Below are positions 16,621 to 24,340 of a DNA stretch of 64,000 nt, piece by piece (positions within the stretch are counted from its first letter, which is position 1; each line of letters starts with the position of its first letter). Source of the DNA: a virus. The notes under the pieces were generated by a model, which was not told the origin of the DNA, ran no database searches, and worked only from the letters and a program-made list of their open reading frames with translations. The translations under genes were made by a program, and so were the position numbers. The stretch is from IMG/VR virus record IMGVR_UViG_3300044701_004608, positions 32,001 to 96,000 of that record; one strand, 5' to 3'.

Positions 16621-16656
16621 ATGTATTTATACAGTTTTATTTGGTGAATGTCAAGA

Positions 16657-17001
16657 CTATTGTAAGTCTTCGTTGGGATCATCGTCCAATTCTTCGCGGG
16701 CGAGATTCAACATGATTTGGTATTGTTCCCAGGCGTGTTGCACAGCAGGGTGTGTTTCACGGATGCGTTGGTCGGCACGGTGTTGATCCAAAATCTCGCG
16801 ATCTTCCAGCCAGCCACTGATTCCATCCCAGTTGGTGCCATCGAGTGTTATGGTATCTACTGTGTTTATGGTGTATGCGGGCTGTGCAGCGGCGTAATCG
16901 GAAATATCGATAGTGATATTGCTATCTGACAGATCGATGACGCAATCTGCGGATTCTGCGCCAGACTCGGCGGTGAAGATGAAGACGTCTTTATCGTCCA
17001 T
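16657..17001 (-). CDS. Hypothetical acidic protein
   Basis: C-terminal HPAVQHAWEQYQIML motif. Confidence 0.7.
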   Translation of the reverse strand: MDDKDVFIFTAESGAESADCVIDLSDSNITIDISDYAAAQPAYTINTVDTITLDGTNWDGISGWLEDREILDQHRADQRIRETHPAVQHAWEQYQIMLNLAREELDDDPNEDLQ

Positions 17002-17249
17002 CAATATAGACGTTTTGGTAGGCTTTCGTCGCGCAGTTTTTTCTGCCAGCGATTTTTCGCTGCCGCTTTCTTTTTCTTGCGGGTCACGTTGGGTTTCTCG
17101 TAAGTTTCACGATCACGGAGATCTTGTAGTTTTCCGCTTTCCATGATCTTCTTTTTGAATTTCCGGAGAGCTTTTTCCACATTACCATCTTGCCCCACGA
17201 AAACTGTGGAACCCATAAGCCTGCGATAAGGATCTTTGTTATATGACAT
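17001..17249 (-). CDS. rpsU: 30S ribosomal protein S21
   Basis: NVEKALRKFKK, RETYEKP..RKKKKAAA.R. Confidence 0.9.
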   Translation of the reverse strand: MSYNKDPYRRLMGSTVFVGQDGNVEKALRKFKKKIMESGKLQDLRDRETYEKPNVTRKKKKAAAKNRWQKKLRDESLPKRLY

Positions 17250-17300
17250 ATCAATAAGTATTTAGCAAAATAATATAGTACTATTTAGATTTTCGCAAGA

Positions 17301-17690
17301 CTATTCGGACAAATCAATCTTTTGCTGATTCTGTATATAAAGTAAAAAATATTCTTGTGCCGATTTGATGTGCTTGGCGGTTGATAGGAATCTTTTTGGG
17401 CCATAATGATAGGCTTTTTGGTGTTCAACTAAACGGTCTTTGATGGGAGAAATCTTTGAGGGTTCAGTATTGATCAACACCGTATCTACTAAATTAAACA
17501 CAGTTTCCAACCATTTAAGATCGTCAAAGATATCAGCATAGAGATAGACATCAAAGTCTGTTCCGGCAGTTTTACATATCATGCCTAAGTCTAATACAGT
17601 TTTTTGATTGGGGTCAATAACCAATACTGAATGGTTTTGTCTTTGTTCTAATTCGAGTATGTCTGGGGGGCTGATAAAGTTACTATGCAT
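17301..17690 (-). CDS. Hypothetical protein
   Basis: Overlaps the upstream stop; ISPPD motif. Confidence 0.7.
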   Translation of the reverse strand: MHSNFISPPDILELEQRQNHSVLVIDPNQKTVLDLGMICKTAGTDFDVYLYADIFDDLKWLETVFNLVDTVLINTEPSKISPIKDRLVEHQKAYHYGPKRFLSTAKHIKSAQEYFLLYIQNQQKIDLSE

Positions 17691-19356
17691 TTTTTCCCGA
17701 AATTTTTAGATATTCATCAACTTGTGCTCGTTCGATATCATTAAGATCATCGCGGTCGTATTCACCGGATTTAATGCGTTCAACGAGATGCAGTATATAT
17801 TGTTCGTTATAGGCATAAGAATCTGTGGATTTTTTATCAACCTCTATCCACTTAGTGCCGTTCCATTTGAAGAGTTTGCTTGGCAAGTAATCTACTCGAA
17901 GATAGAGATCTCCTTTGTTGGGATCGCTAGGGAAGCCGCTACCGAAACTGACCTCACCGCCGGACAGTGGCACATCATTGACATCAGCTACCAACGAAAA
18001 CTCTTCTTCGAGATTTTTTGGCATCGTTGTTAGCTGTGATTTTTGTTTAAATTGGTTGAGTTCATTGATGGCTTGTTCAGCGGCTATCAAGGCTTCTTCC
18101 ATTTGCACATGCAAATCATTTTGTTGCTGTCTTAGGTCTTCAATCTCTTTGTTTTTCTTTTCGATCTCAACCGAGAGCACCGAATTGCGCTCAGTAATTT
18201 CAAAATTTTCTTTCTTTCTTTGATCTGCTATCTCTATAAAAGACGTGAGTTCAGTATCAATAGTCCTGATCGCTGTTTCAAATTCTTGGATCTCAGAGTT
18301 TAATTTTTCTATATGTTGAGTCTGCTGGCGTATAGTTTCTTCGTAGGCGATCTGTTGTTGTTCGATTTCTTGTATGGATCGTGCCTGATCAATTATAAGA
18401 TCAACATCGATTTCGGGTTCGATCTGTTGTGCTAGTTCGTTAGCACGATCAAGGTCGGACAGATCTTCATTCGCCACTGGTGCTTGCGCCAGTTCGTTAC
18501 CCTCCTCTTTCTCGATCTCTTTTTTCCTCATCACTTCTCGATGATGGTCTTCGGTTTCAAAGTTTATTCCTTTAGCCCATTCGATCTGTTTGCTACCGGC
18601 AAGGATCAGCACGATAGCCAGTGGGTCGAACACTAGAACGATGAGTATGATCACCCAGCGCACGGCTTTTTCTAGTGTATTGGTATCAGGATTGTCACCA
18701 TAGATCAGTGCGGCCACATATTTCACAGGACCCACTTCGGCTTCGATCTTGCGAAGATCTTTGGCTATAGGTGCTTTCTGTTCTTGTAACTTTACGATAT
18801 TGGCCTGGGCCTGTTCGACTTGCTTGGTTAGTGCGGCACGATCTCGGGCCTGCTGTCTGCGGATCTGTAATGAGCGTTCAGCCGCACTATTAAGTTTAGT
18901 GGAACCATCTTTTAATTTAACTTCTTGATCCCCACTGGCGATGACACCATTGACGGCGGCGTCCATCTGTTTGATGACTGCTTGTGCGTTGGCGATATTA
19001 TCACGCTCGATCTTGATCTTCTCATCGATGAGTGCTACCTGCGCGGCCACATCACCGGTGGGTACAGTCTGATCGAGGTGTGCCTTGGAAAGGAACCCAA
19101 AGATGCCCATGCTGGTGAGTAACATCAAGAAAGCCAGGGCAGGCACTAGATAACATTTATATGTCCAGGTAGCTCGACCCCAGTTGCGATGCAACCATAC
19201 AGCAGTCATGAGCTTGCCGGCCTCGAGCGCACCGCCCATGATCACGATGGGCCAGAAAGCCGCCGCGAATATGGCTGTGAGACCTAATATGGAGTAATAG
19301 GCAGCGACCACAGAAATCACTATGGCCACTGCCAGAGTCGCTATACCTAAAAACAT
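17683..19356 (-). CDS. Multi-TM membrane protein with long coiled coils
   Basis: N-terminal TMs, GIFGFLSKAH, LVFDPLA TM; C-terminal FPSDPNKGDLYLRVDYLP..FKWNG.KW. Confidence 0.8.
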   Translation of the reverse strand: MFLGIATLAVAIVISVVAAYYSILGLTAIFAAAFWPIVIMGGALEAGKLMTAVWLHRNWGRATWTYKCYLVPALAFLMLLTSMGIFGFLSKAHLDQTVPTGDVAAQVALIDEKIKIERDNIANAQAVIKQMDAAVNGVIASGDQEVKLKDGSTKLNSAAERSLQIRRQQARDRAALTKQVEQAQANIVKLQEQKAPIAKDLRKIEAEVGPVKYVAALIYGDNPDTNTLEKAVRWVIILIVLVFDPLAIVLILAGSKQIEWAKGINFETEDHHREVMRKKEIEKEEGNELAQAPVANEDLSDLDRANELAQQIEPEIDVDLIIDQARSIQEIEQQQIAYEETIRQQTQHIEKLNSEIQEFETAIRTIDTELTSFIEIADQRKKENFEITERNSVLSVEIEKKNKEIEDLRQQQNDLHVQMEEALIAAEQAINELNQFKQKSQLTTMPKNLEEEFSLVADVNDVPLSGGEVSFGSGFPSDPNKGDLYLRVDYLPSKLFKWNGTKWIEVDKKSTDSYAYNEQYILHLVERIKSGEYDRDDLNDIERAQVDEYLKISGKNA

Positions 19357-19415
19357 GATTATGTATTTAACCCTAGAGTTGTTAAAAAATATAGTAGCAG
19401 AAACTCAGAGATAAA

Positions 19416-19625
19416 TCAACCGAGAATAGTAGGTTTCCACGCCAAACACCAGTATTCTGGACGTACTGGTGCGAACCAGCGACGGCACTGCCCAGAATCG
19501 AAATAGCCGCAATTACCACAGGCTTGGCTTCCCGGTGTTACACCGGGCACACCCGAAAGCTGATATTCGGGCGGCAGCTTTGGGCATATAGGTGTGCCAT
19601 CGGGATACAGCCTCTGGTCACTCAC
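19416..19625 (-). CDS. HiPIP-like 4-Cys small protein
   Basis: C-x2-C-x7-C-x12-C spacing ending in WC..W: CGNCGYFDSGQCRRWFAPVRPEYWCLAW. Confidence 0.6.
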   Translation of the reverse strand: MSDQRLYPDGTPICPKLPPEYQLSGVPGVTPGSQACGNCGYFDSGQCRRWFAPVRPEYWCLAWKPTILG

Positions 19626-20400
19626 TGGACGCCTCCGTGAAACGATCTGGGAACTGCAGGACTATGCCTTTGGCGAATATGTCCGAAAACGCTGGCGTGC
19701 CATCATACTGTCCGGCCAGGATGATACGGTGCGCTGTGTCCACCGCTTCGATATCGGCAGGCCAGTTTTTGCTGACGCGGGCACGACATTGTTCGATCCA
19801 GGCCTGGAGCACTTTGCCAAAGATGGCCTTGACCACATCGGCGGGCCAGTGCTGGGGGTTGGCTTTTTGTGCGAAGTTGGCGAAATCGTCGAGTTCGGCA
19901 TCGACTTTCTTGACTAAGGCATCGATGTTGCCGCCTTTCTTGAGCGTCTGCACGATCTCTAGTACTGTGAGTACAAACGATCTCATGTATTGTGCCAACT
20001 GTTTGCTGGCTACTAATCCATAGTAGGGGCGAACCGAGTCACCGATCTCGTCGATGTTTTGGAACAGTTGCTCTTCGACCACGGCCAAGTCTTCGCCGTT
20101 GTGCAAGGCGCTGGTGATGTAGTTGCGCAGTCTCCACAGGTATCTAGCCCAGATGGTGCGCTGGTCCATGCGCCAAGTCACAGCGGGTTCTGTGTTGAAC
20201 ACCGATATCGTGCCGGGCACATACATGGCTGTTTCTGTGACCACTACGCCGTTGCCGTTGGGGTTACCGTTGCCGTTGGTGTAGCCGTTGCCGTTAGTGT
20301 AGCCGTTGCCGTTGAGTTTGACGCCGTTGATGGCTTCCAGGGCCAAGGGATGATCAAAGTGTTCTTCTTTGATGGTGTGTGTTATGAGTTTGTAAACCAT
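19618..20400 (-). CDS. Helical-bundle protein B (paralog of 24341..24955)
   Basis: RTIWARYLWRLRNYI..LFQNIDEIG...PYYG..A..N.QHWP..FSDIFAKGIVLQFPDRF; AAGGAG SD. Confidence 0.75.
   Translation of the reverse strand: MVYKLITHTIKEEHFDHPLALEAINGVKLNGNGYTNGNGYTNGNGNPNGNGVVVTETAMYVPGTISVFNTEPAVTWRMDQRTIWARYLWRLRNYITSALHNGEDLAVVEEQLFQNIDEIGDSVRPYYGLVASKQLAQYMRSFVLTVLEIVQTLKKGGNIDALVKKVDAELDDFANFAQKANPQHWPADVVKAIFGKVLQAWIEQCRARVSKNWPADIEAVDTAHRIILAGQYDGTPAFSDIFAKGIVLQFPDRFTEASSE
20248..20313 (-). repeat. NGNGYT-type tandem coding repeat
   Basis: NGNGYTNGNGYTNGNGNPNGNG; repeated GCCGTT units. Confidence 0.85.
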
Positions 20401-20415
20401 TTTAAATCTCCTTTG

Positions 20416-20937
20416 TTAAGATTGTTGTACATTGGCGATGACCCACCATGCGCCGTTTTGTCCCAGCAGAGTCACTGACTCATAGGGTTGTTGCAATTCA
20501 AGTTCTTGATCTCTGCCTTCGAGATCGTTGCCACCTTGTGGGATGATCTTGGTCTTGTAGCCGCCGGGGCCACGCTGGTCCTTGATGATCAGGATCCTAC
20601 AGATGGCACCTATCACTGGCAGTTTGATATCCACTGTCTTGCCCACGGATGGTTTGACGACTCCGATGTAGTAGTCATCGCTTTGTACCGTGTAGTCGGC
20701 GTTGACATAGCGTGTGACGCAGTTGTGATTACCCCCGCCACCGTTGGCGCTCAATGTACCATCGGCGGCCACTGTGAGACCTGTGCCGACCTTGACCACG
20801 CCCAGATCAGTGGTGGTGGCGATGTCAGCATCGATTTCAAAGTCCACGTTGCCAGCAGGCGCTGTAGGATCCGGAGGTATGCTTTGTTTCAAGGCTCGCC
20901 CTGCTCGCACTGCGGTGGGTGCGCGGAAGTAACTCAT
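20416..20937 (-). CDS. Small beta-rich fibre/coat-like protein
   Basis: ATTTDLGVVKVGTGL plus YTVQSDDYYIGV..LP..IIKD domain shared with neighbours. Confidence 0.75.
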   Translation of the reverse strand: MSYFRAPTAVRAGRALKQSIPPDPTAPAGNVDFEIDADIATTTDLGVVKVGTGLTVAADGTLSANGGGGNHNCVTRYVNADYTVQSDDYYIGVVKPSVGKTVDIKLPVIGAICRILIIKDQRGPGGYKTKIIPQGGNDLEGRDQELELQQPYESVTLLGQNGAWWVIANVQQS

Positions 20938-20946
20938 GATCGCTCC

Positions 20947-21339
20947 TTAGACCACGTGCCATTCCGTGCCACGGAAGATGAAACTCACTGATCCGTAAGT
21001 CACGGTGTTGACGAAAGTGGCAGATCCATCGATGGTCTCGCCGCCAGTACCTTGGATGGTGATGTTGCCGGATCCTGGGCCCAGTTCGTCTTTGATGATG
21101 AACATCTTGCCATCGGTGCCAGTGGGCAGCGTGATGGTAGTGGCCACAGCCGAGTTCACTCCGATGTAGTAGTCATCGTTGGTGGCCGCGTAGTCCACTG
21201 TGACCACTGTAGTATTGTAGATGGGATTGCTGGGCGAGCCGCCTGTGACAGAGATCACGCCCCCGGTGATGGTTATTCCTGTGCCGGCCTGTACTAGGCC
21301 GAAATCTGTGGTTGATGCTAAAGGTACTTTGTATGACAT
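20947..21339 (-). CDS. Small beta-rich fibre/coat-like protein
   Basis: ASTTDFGLVQAGTGI plus DDYYIGVN..TLP..IIKDE..TIDG..EWHVV. Confidence 0.75.
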   Translation of the reverse strand: MSYKVPLASTTDFGLVQAGTGITITGGVISVTGGSPSNPIYNTTVVTVDYAATNDDYYIGVNSAVATTITLPTGTDGKMFIIKDELGPGSGNITIQGTGGETIDGSATFVNTVTYGSVSFIFRGTEWHVV

Positions 21340-21351
21340 GGTGTTTTCCTT

Positions 21352-21906
21352 TTATAGTTGTATGATGGTGCATCTCACGCTGGGTGTCGCTGGTCGGATG
21401 GGCCCAACTTGTGCAGGTGTAGTCAACAATCGCATGTTGACATCAGTGCTTTGCCAAGCGACCTGTATGTTGTCGCCGGCGTTTAACGCCACGGTGAAAT
21501 TCCACGACGCCACCAACACTCCCACGGTGCCTTCCACTGACACCTGAGAGTTGGTATTGGGATAGGCTGTGCCATTGCGTATCAGCCATAGGTCTGCGAG
21601 ATCCGTCCCAGCGTCGGTCTTGTCGATCTGTATCACGAACTGGAAGTTGTAGTTGGCATCCTTGCTCACAGTGATCTGGGAGCCACCCACCAATGTGATG
21701 CCCACGTTGATGGCAGAGTTGTCAAATGTGATGATGTTGACAGCGTTGGCCACTGGGTTGGTCTGTGTCTGTGTGCTGAAAAAGTAGGCTTGATCCAGCA
21801 AGGCCACCGGCACCACGCTGATCACCCCATCAGTGACAGACAGTCCGGAGCCGGACTGTACCACTCCATAGTCACCGGCGGTGCTGATGGGCTGCTTGTA
21901 GGTCAT
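21352..21906 (-). CDS. BclA C-terminal/C1q-like jelly-roll protein
   Basis: STAGDYGVVQSGSGL leader; ITFD, ITV....YNFQF, LWLIRNG, LNAGDNIQV. Confidence 0.65.
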   Translation of the reverse strand: MTYKQPISTAGDYGVVQSGSGLSVTDGVISVVPVALLDQAYFFSTQTQTNPVANAVNIITFDNSAINVGITLVGGSQITVSKDANYNFQFVIQIDKTDAGTDLADLWLIRNGTAYPNTNSQVSVEGTVGVLVASWNFTVALNAGDNIQVAWQSTDVNMRLLTTPAQVGPIRPATPSVRCTIIQL

Positions 21907-22340
21907 TACACCACGTTCCATTCCGTGCCGTTGAACACCAGGGTTATGCTGGCATAGTCGGTGTTGAGCACATAAGTGGCAGCACCATCTATGGTGTTGC
22001 CGTTGCCGGACACTGTTATGTTGTTGGTGTTGGCGTCACCGTCGATGTCCTTGATGATCAAGACCTGTCCCACGATGGGACTGGCTGGCAGCACCACAGT
22101 AGCTGGTGCCGCTATGTTCACGCCCAGATAGTAGTCTCCGGGTTGCACGGCGTAGGGCGTGGAATTCACTATCGTGACATTGACCGGGCTGGGACTGCCA
22201 GTGAATGTGCCTAGATTGATGAAGTCATTTCCCCAGCCACCAATGCTGTTGTTGAGTTGTGACACTGGCGCAGGGCGTGCTACGGGTAAGAGACCCGGGC
22301 GGCGTGGGCGGAATATTATCGGGCTGTAGTACTGGAACAT
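21906..22340 (-). CDS. Small beta-rich fibre/coat-like protein with Pro/Arg N-terminus
   Basis: YAVQPGDYYLGVN..VLP..IIKD..TIDG..EWNVV. Confidence 0.75.
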   Translation of the reverse strand: MFQYYSPIIFRPRRPGLLPVARPAPVSQLNNSIGGWGNDFINLGTFTGSPSPVNVTIVNSTPYAVQPGDYYLGVNIAAPATVVLPASPIVGQVLIIKDIDGDANTNNITVSGNGNTIDGAATYVLNTDYASITLVFNGTEWNVV

Positions 22341-22730
22341 TTATTTTTCCTTGTTTTCGTCAATGATGTCTTGTGCGGTCAACACCTGTTTGACCTTGTT
22401 GATTTTTTTGGTCACTTCGTCCAAATTGGAGAATAGTGGGCCGGCCGCGGGTGCTTGTTCCACTGGTTCTTCAACTTCTGATTCTTTGTCGTCAACGACG
22501 AACTTGAGAAGTTGTTCGGCCCGCTCTAAAATCTGTGCTTCTGTGGGATAAGGTGCGAATGGTGGATATGGCAAGCGTTCCCGGCGAGTTTTCCACACCA
22601 GATCAGCATCTGCCAACCACTTGTTGTGATCTTCGGCGCGCTTGTTGATGTATTCTTCGTTGAGGAGGGTGCGCGCCATCCTCAAGACCTCCATCCTATG
22701 TTTGGCTAGTTCAATGTCCTTGTCTATCAT
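22341..22730 (-). CDS. Hypothetical protein
   Basis: RMEVLRMAR..L..YPTEAQILERAEQL..FV. Confidence 0.7.
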   Translation of the reverse strand: MIDKDIELAKHRMEVLRMARTLLNEEYINKRAEDHNKWLADADLVWKTRRERLPYPPFAPYPTEAQILERAEQLLKFVVDDKESEVEEPVEQAPAAGPLFSNLDEVTKKINKVKQVLTAQDIIDENKEK

Positions 22731-22930
22731 TGTTGTCCCCAATCACTGCGGTTCCATAATCTTTCATGTATGATATAACTGATAGAGTTGATCACCAGTG
22801 TGGCAGCTCCTATCGATAGTCCTTTCCAGGGATCTCCAGTCACTACCCAACCCACTGTGCTGTTAGTGATCATCATCCAGATCCTCCAGGTCAGAGTTTT
22901 GACTGCTGTGCGTGTCAGTGTGTCTGTCAT
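22727..22930 (-). CDS. DUF2061-like small membrane protein
   Basis: RTAVKTLTWRI ... YIIHERLWNR..WG. Confidence 0.8.
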   Translation of the reverse strand: MTDTLTRTAVKTLTWRIWMMITNSTVGWVVTGDPWKGLSIGAATLVINSISYIIHERLWNRSDWGQQ

Positions 22931-23178
22931 TGCCAGCGATCTAGCACGATAATCAGCACAGAGATCAAGGCTGTGGCTATTGAAACTGCTGTACCCACTA
23001 CCTTGATCGTCTCTTGTCGATGGTGGTCACGATATTCTTTGAGCCGGGCCAGATCGTGTTCGGCCTCATCTATTCGTTTCTCGAGTGCCTGGTATCGTTC
23101 ATGGCACAATTCTACATGTGCCTCAAGGTTGTCGCGCTCGATGCCGAGATACTTTTTGGCTGTGACCACAAAACTCAT
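22927..23178 (-). CDS. Coiled-coil plus C-terminal TM protein (XhlA/holin-like), paralog of 40644..40913
   Basis: LEAHVELCHERY motif. Confidence 0.7.
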   Translation of the reverse strand: MSFVVTAKKYLGIERDNLEAHVELCHERYQALEKRIDEAEHDLARLKEYRDHHRQETIKVVGTAVSIATALISVLIIVLDRWQ

Positions 23179-23182
23179 TGTG

Positions 23183-23443
23183 TTAACCCACTACAGTTGG
23201 TGTAGAAGTCTGCGCAACGGTATCCATGTCGCCGGTGTTTATCAAACGCTGACCTGACACTGCACTACGGTTGTAGTTGCCTACAAATGTGTTGTTGGCA
23301 CTTTGTACCGCGCCTACCCCAGGATAACCGTATCCCACACCGTATCCGCCAAATCCATAATTTGGCCATCCCCAGCCGCCCCATGGGTAACGACGGTGAG
23401 CAAAGCTACCGTAGAAGGGGTGGTGATGATATAAACTAAACAT
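23183..23443 (-). CDS. Gly/Tyr/Trp-rich 86-aa protein with conserved C-terminal motif
   Basis: AAGGAG SD; MFSLYHHH..WGGWGWPNYGFGGYG..SAVSGQRLINTGDMDTVAQTSTPTVVG. Confidence 0.75.
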   Translation of the reverse strand: MFSLYHHHPFYGSFAHRRYPWGGWGWPNYGFGGYGVGYGYPGVGAVQSANNTFVGNYNRSAVSGQRLINTGDMDTVAQTSTPTVVG

Positions 23444-23456
23444 ATTCAATCTCCTT

Positions 23457-23489
23457 GTTAAAAGACGAGCAGGGATCACCCGCTCGTCT
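23457..23489 (-). terminator. Hairpin/terminator inside the cassette
   Basis: AGACGAGCGGG-TGAT-CCC(T)GCTCGTCT followed by a short T run on the minus strand. Confidence 0.6.
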
Positions 23490-23497
23490 ACTCTCAA

Positions 23498-23644
23498 TTA
23501 CCAGTAATAGGGACCGTAACCCCCACCGTAGTAGGGATAACCGTATCCATATCCCCAATATGGGTAGGCTAAGCCCCCATAGTAAGGATAACCAATACCG
23601 GCTGCCAGGTAAGGCCTGGCGTAACCCCAGGGCCTATAGAACAT
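23498..23644 (-). CDS. 48-aa Tyr/Gly/Pro-rich peptide (not in ORF track)
   Basis: GGAGG SD; MFYRPWGYARPYLAAGIGYPYYGGLAYPYWGYGYGYPYYGGGYGPYYW*. Confidence 0.75.
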   Translation of the reverse strand: MFYRPWGYARPYLAAGIGYPYYGGLAYPYWGYGYGYPYYGGGYGPYYW

Positions 23645-23659
23645 GGTCTCTTCCTCCGA

Positions 23660-24223
23660 TTAAGTGATCGAAGTTGGAGTCGATGTCTGTGTAGTACCTG
23701 TCATGGTTCCGGTATTGACCAGACCTTGGCTAGAGATTGCACTGTTCAGTGCGTTGATAGCGGCTACGCTGTTAGCGCTCTGGTAAGCACTGACAGCACC
23801 ACCGTAGGCTAGACCTAGACCACCATAGAGACCGTTAAGACCTGTCAGAGCTGTGTTGGTATTGATCAGAGCCGTGTTGAGGTTTTCACGGTTGATGCCG
23901 TTGATGAGCTGGCGTGTGAGTTCAGCTTGACCCATCACAGCTTCGCGTGTGCGAGCAGCTTCTTGCATGACGAGTGCGTCAGTGCGAGCGGCGGCCAACA
24001 TAGCGGCTGTGTTAGCATCATTTACTGCCTGCTTGGTAGCAGCCAGTGCCTGGTCCGTGTGGAATGCTGTTTGCATAGCACGGTTGTTGATGTCGTTGCT
24101 TTGTGCGACTTGAAGTTTGTAGTTTTCGAAAACGCTGTCAGAAACTTTTGTGTTTACGGCCTGGATCTGTGCGCTCAGGGCGTAGAAAGGATCTGTTGTG
24201 AATGCTCCTGTTACATCTGCCAT
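23660..24223 (-). CDS. Ala/Thr/Asn/Gln-rich helical structural-type protein
   Basis: Strong AAGGAG SD and leader hairpin; no Cys or Trp; C-terminal SAISSQGLVNTGTMTGTTQTSTPTSIT. Confidence 0.8.
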   Translation of the reverse strand: MADVTGAFTTDPFYALSAQIQAVNTKVSDSVFENYKLQVAQSNDINNRAMQTAFHTDQALAATKQAVNDANTAAMLAAARTDALVMQEAARTREAVMGQAELTRQLINGINRENLNTALINTNTALTGLNGLYGGLGLAYGGAVSAYQSANSVAAINALNSAISSQGLVNTGTMTGTTQTSTPTSIT

Positions 24224-24293
24224 TTTAGTAGTCTCCTTGTAAATGGTGTTATACCGGACGTCCCGGTATAATTACTTAGAAGCAAATGGCCAA

Positions 24294-24320
24294 GAAAAAG
24301 CCAGGCTTGAGCCTGGCCTA
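24294..24320 (-). terminator. Intrinsic terminator
   Basis: GCCAGGC-TCAA-GCCTGGC followed by T6. Confidence 0.75.
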
Positions 24321-24340
24321 GTACTTGAGTGATGCGATGA

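Noticed and set aside
23660-24223. RebB (R-body) or gas vesicle protein
   Set aside because: Composition is similar, but the Reb signature (VNxQITD) and GvpA motifs are absent
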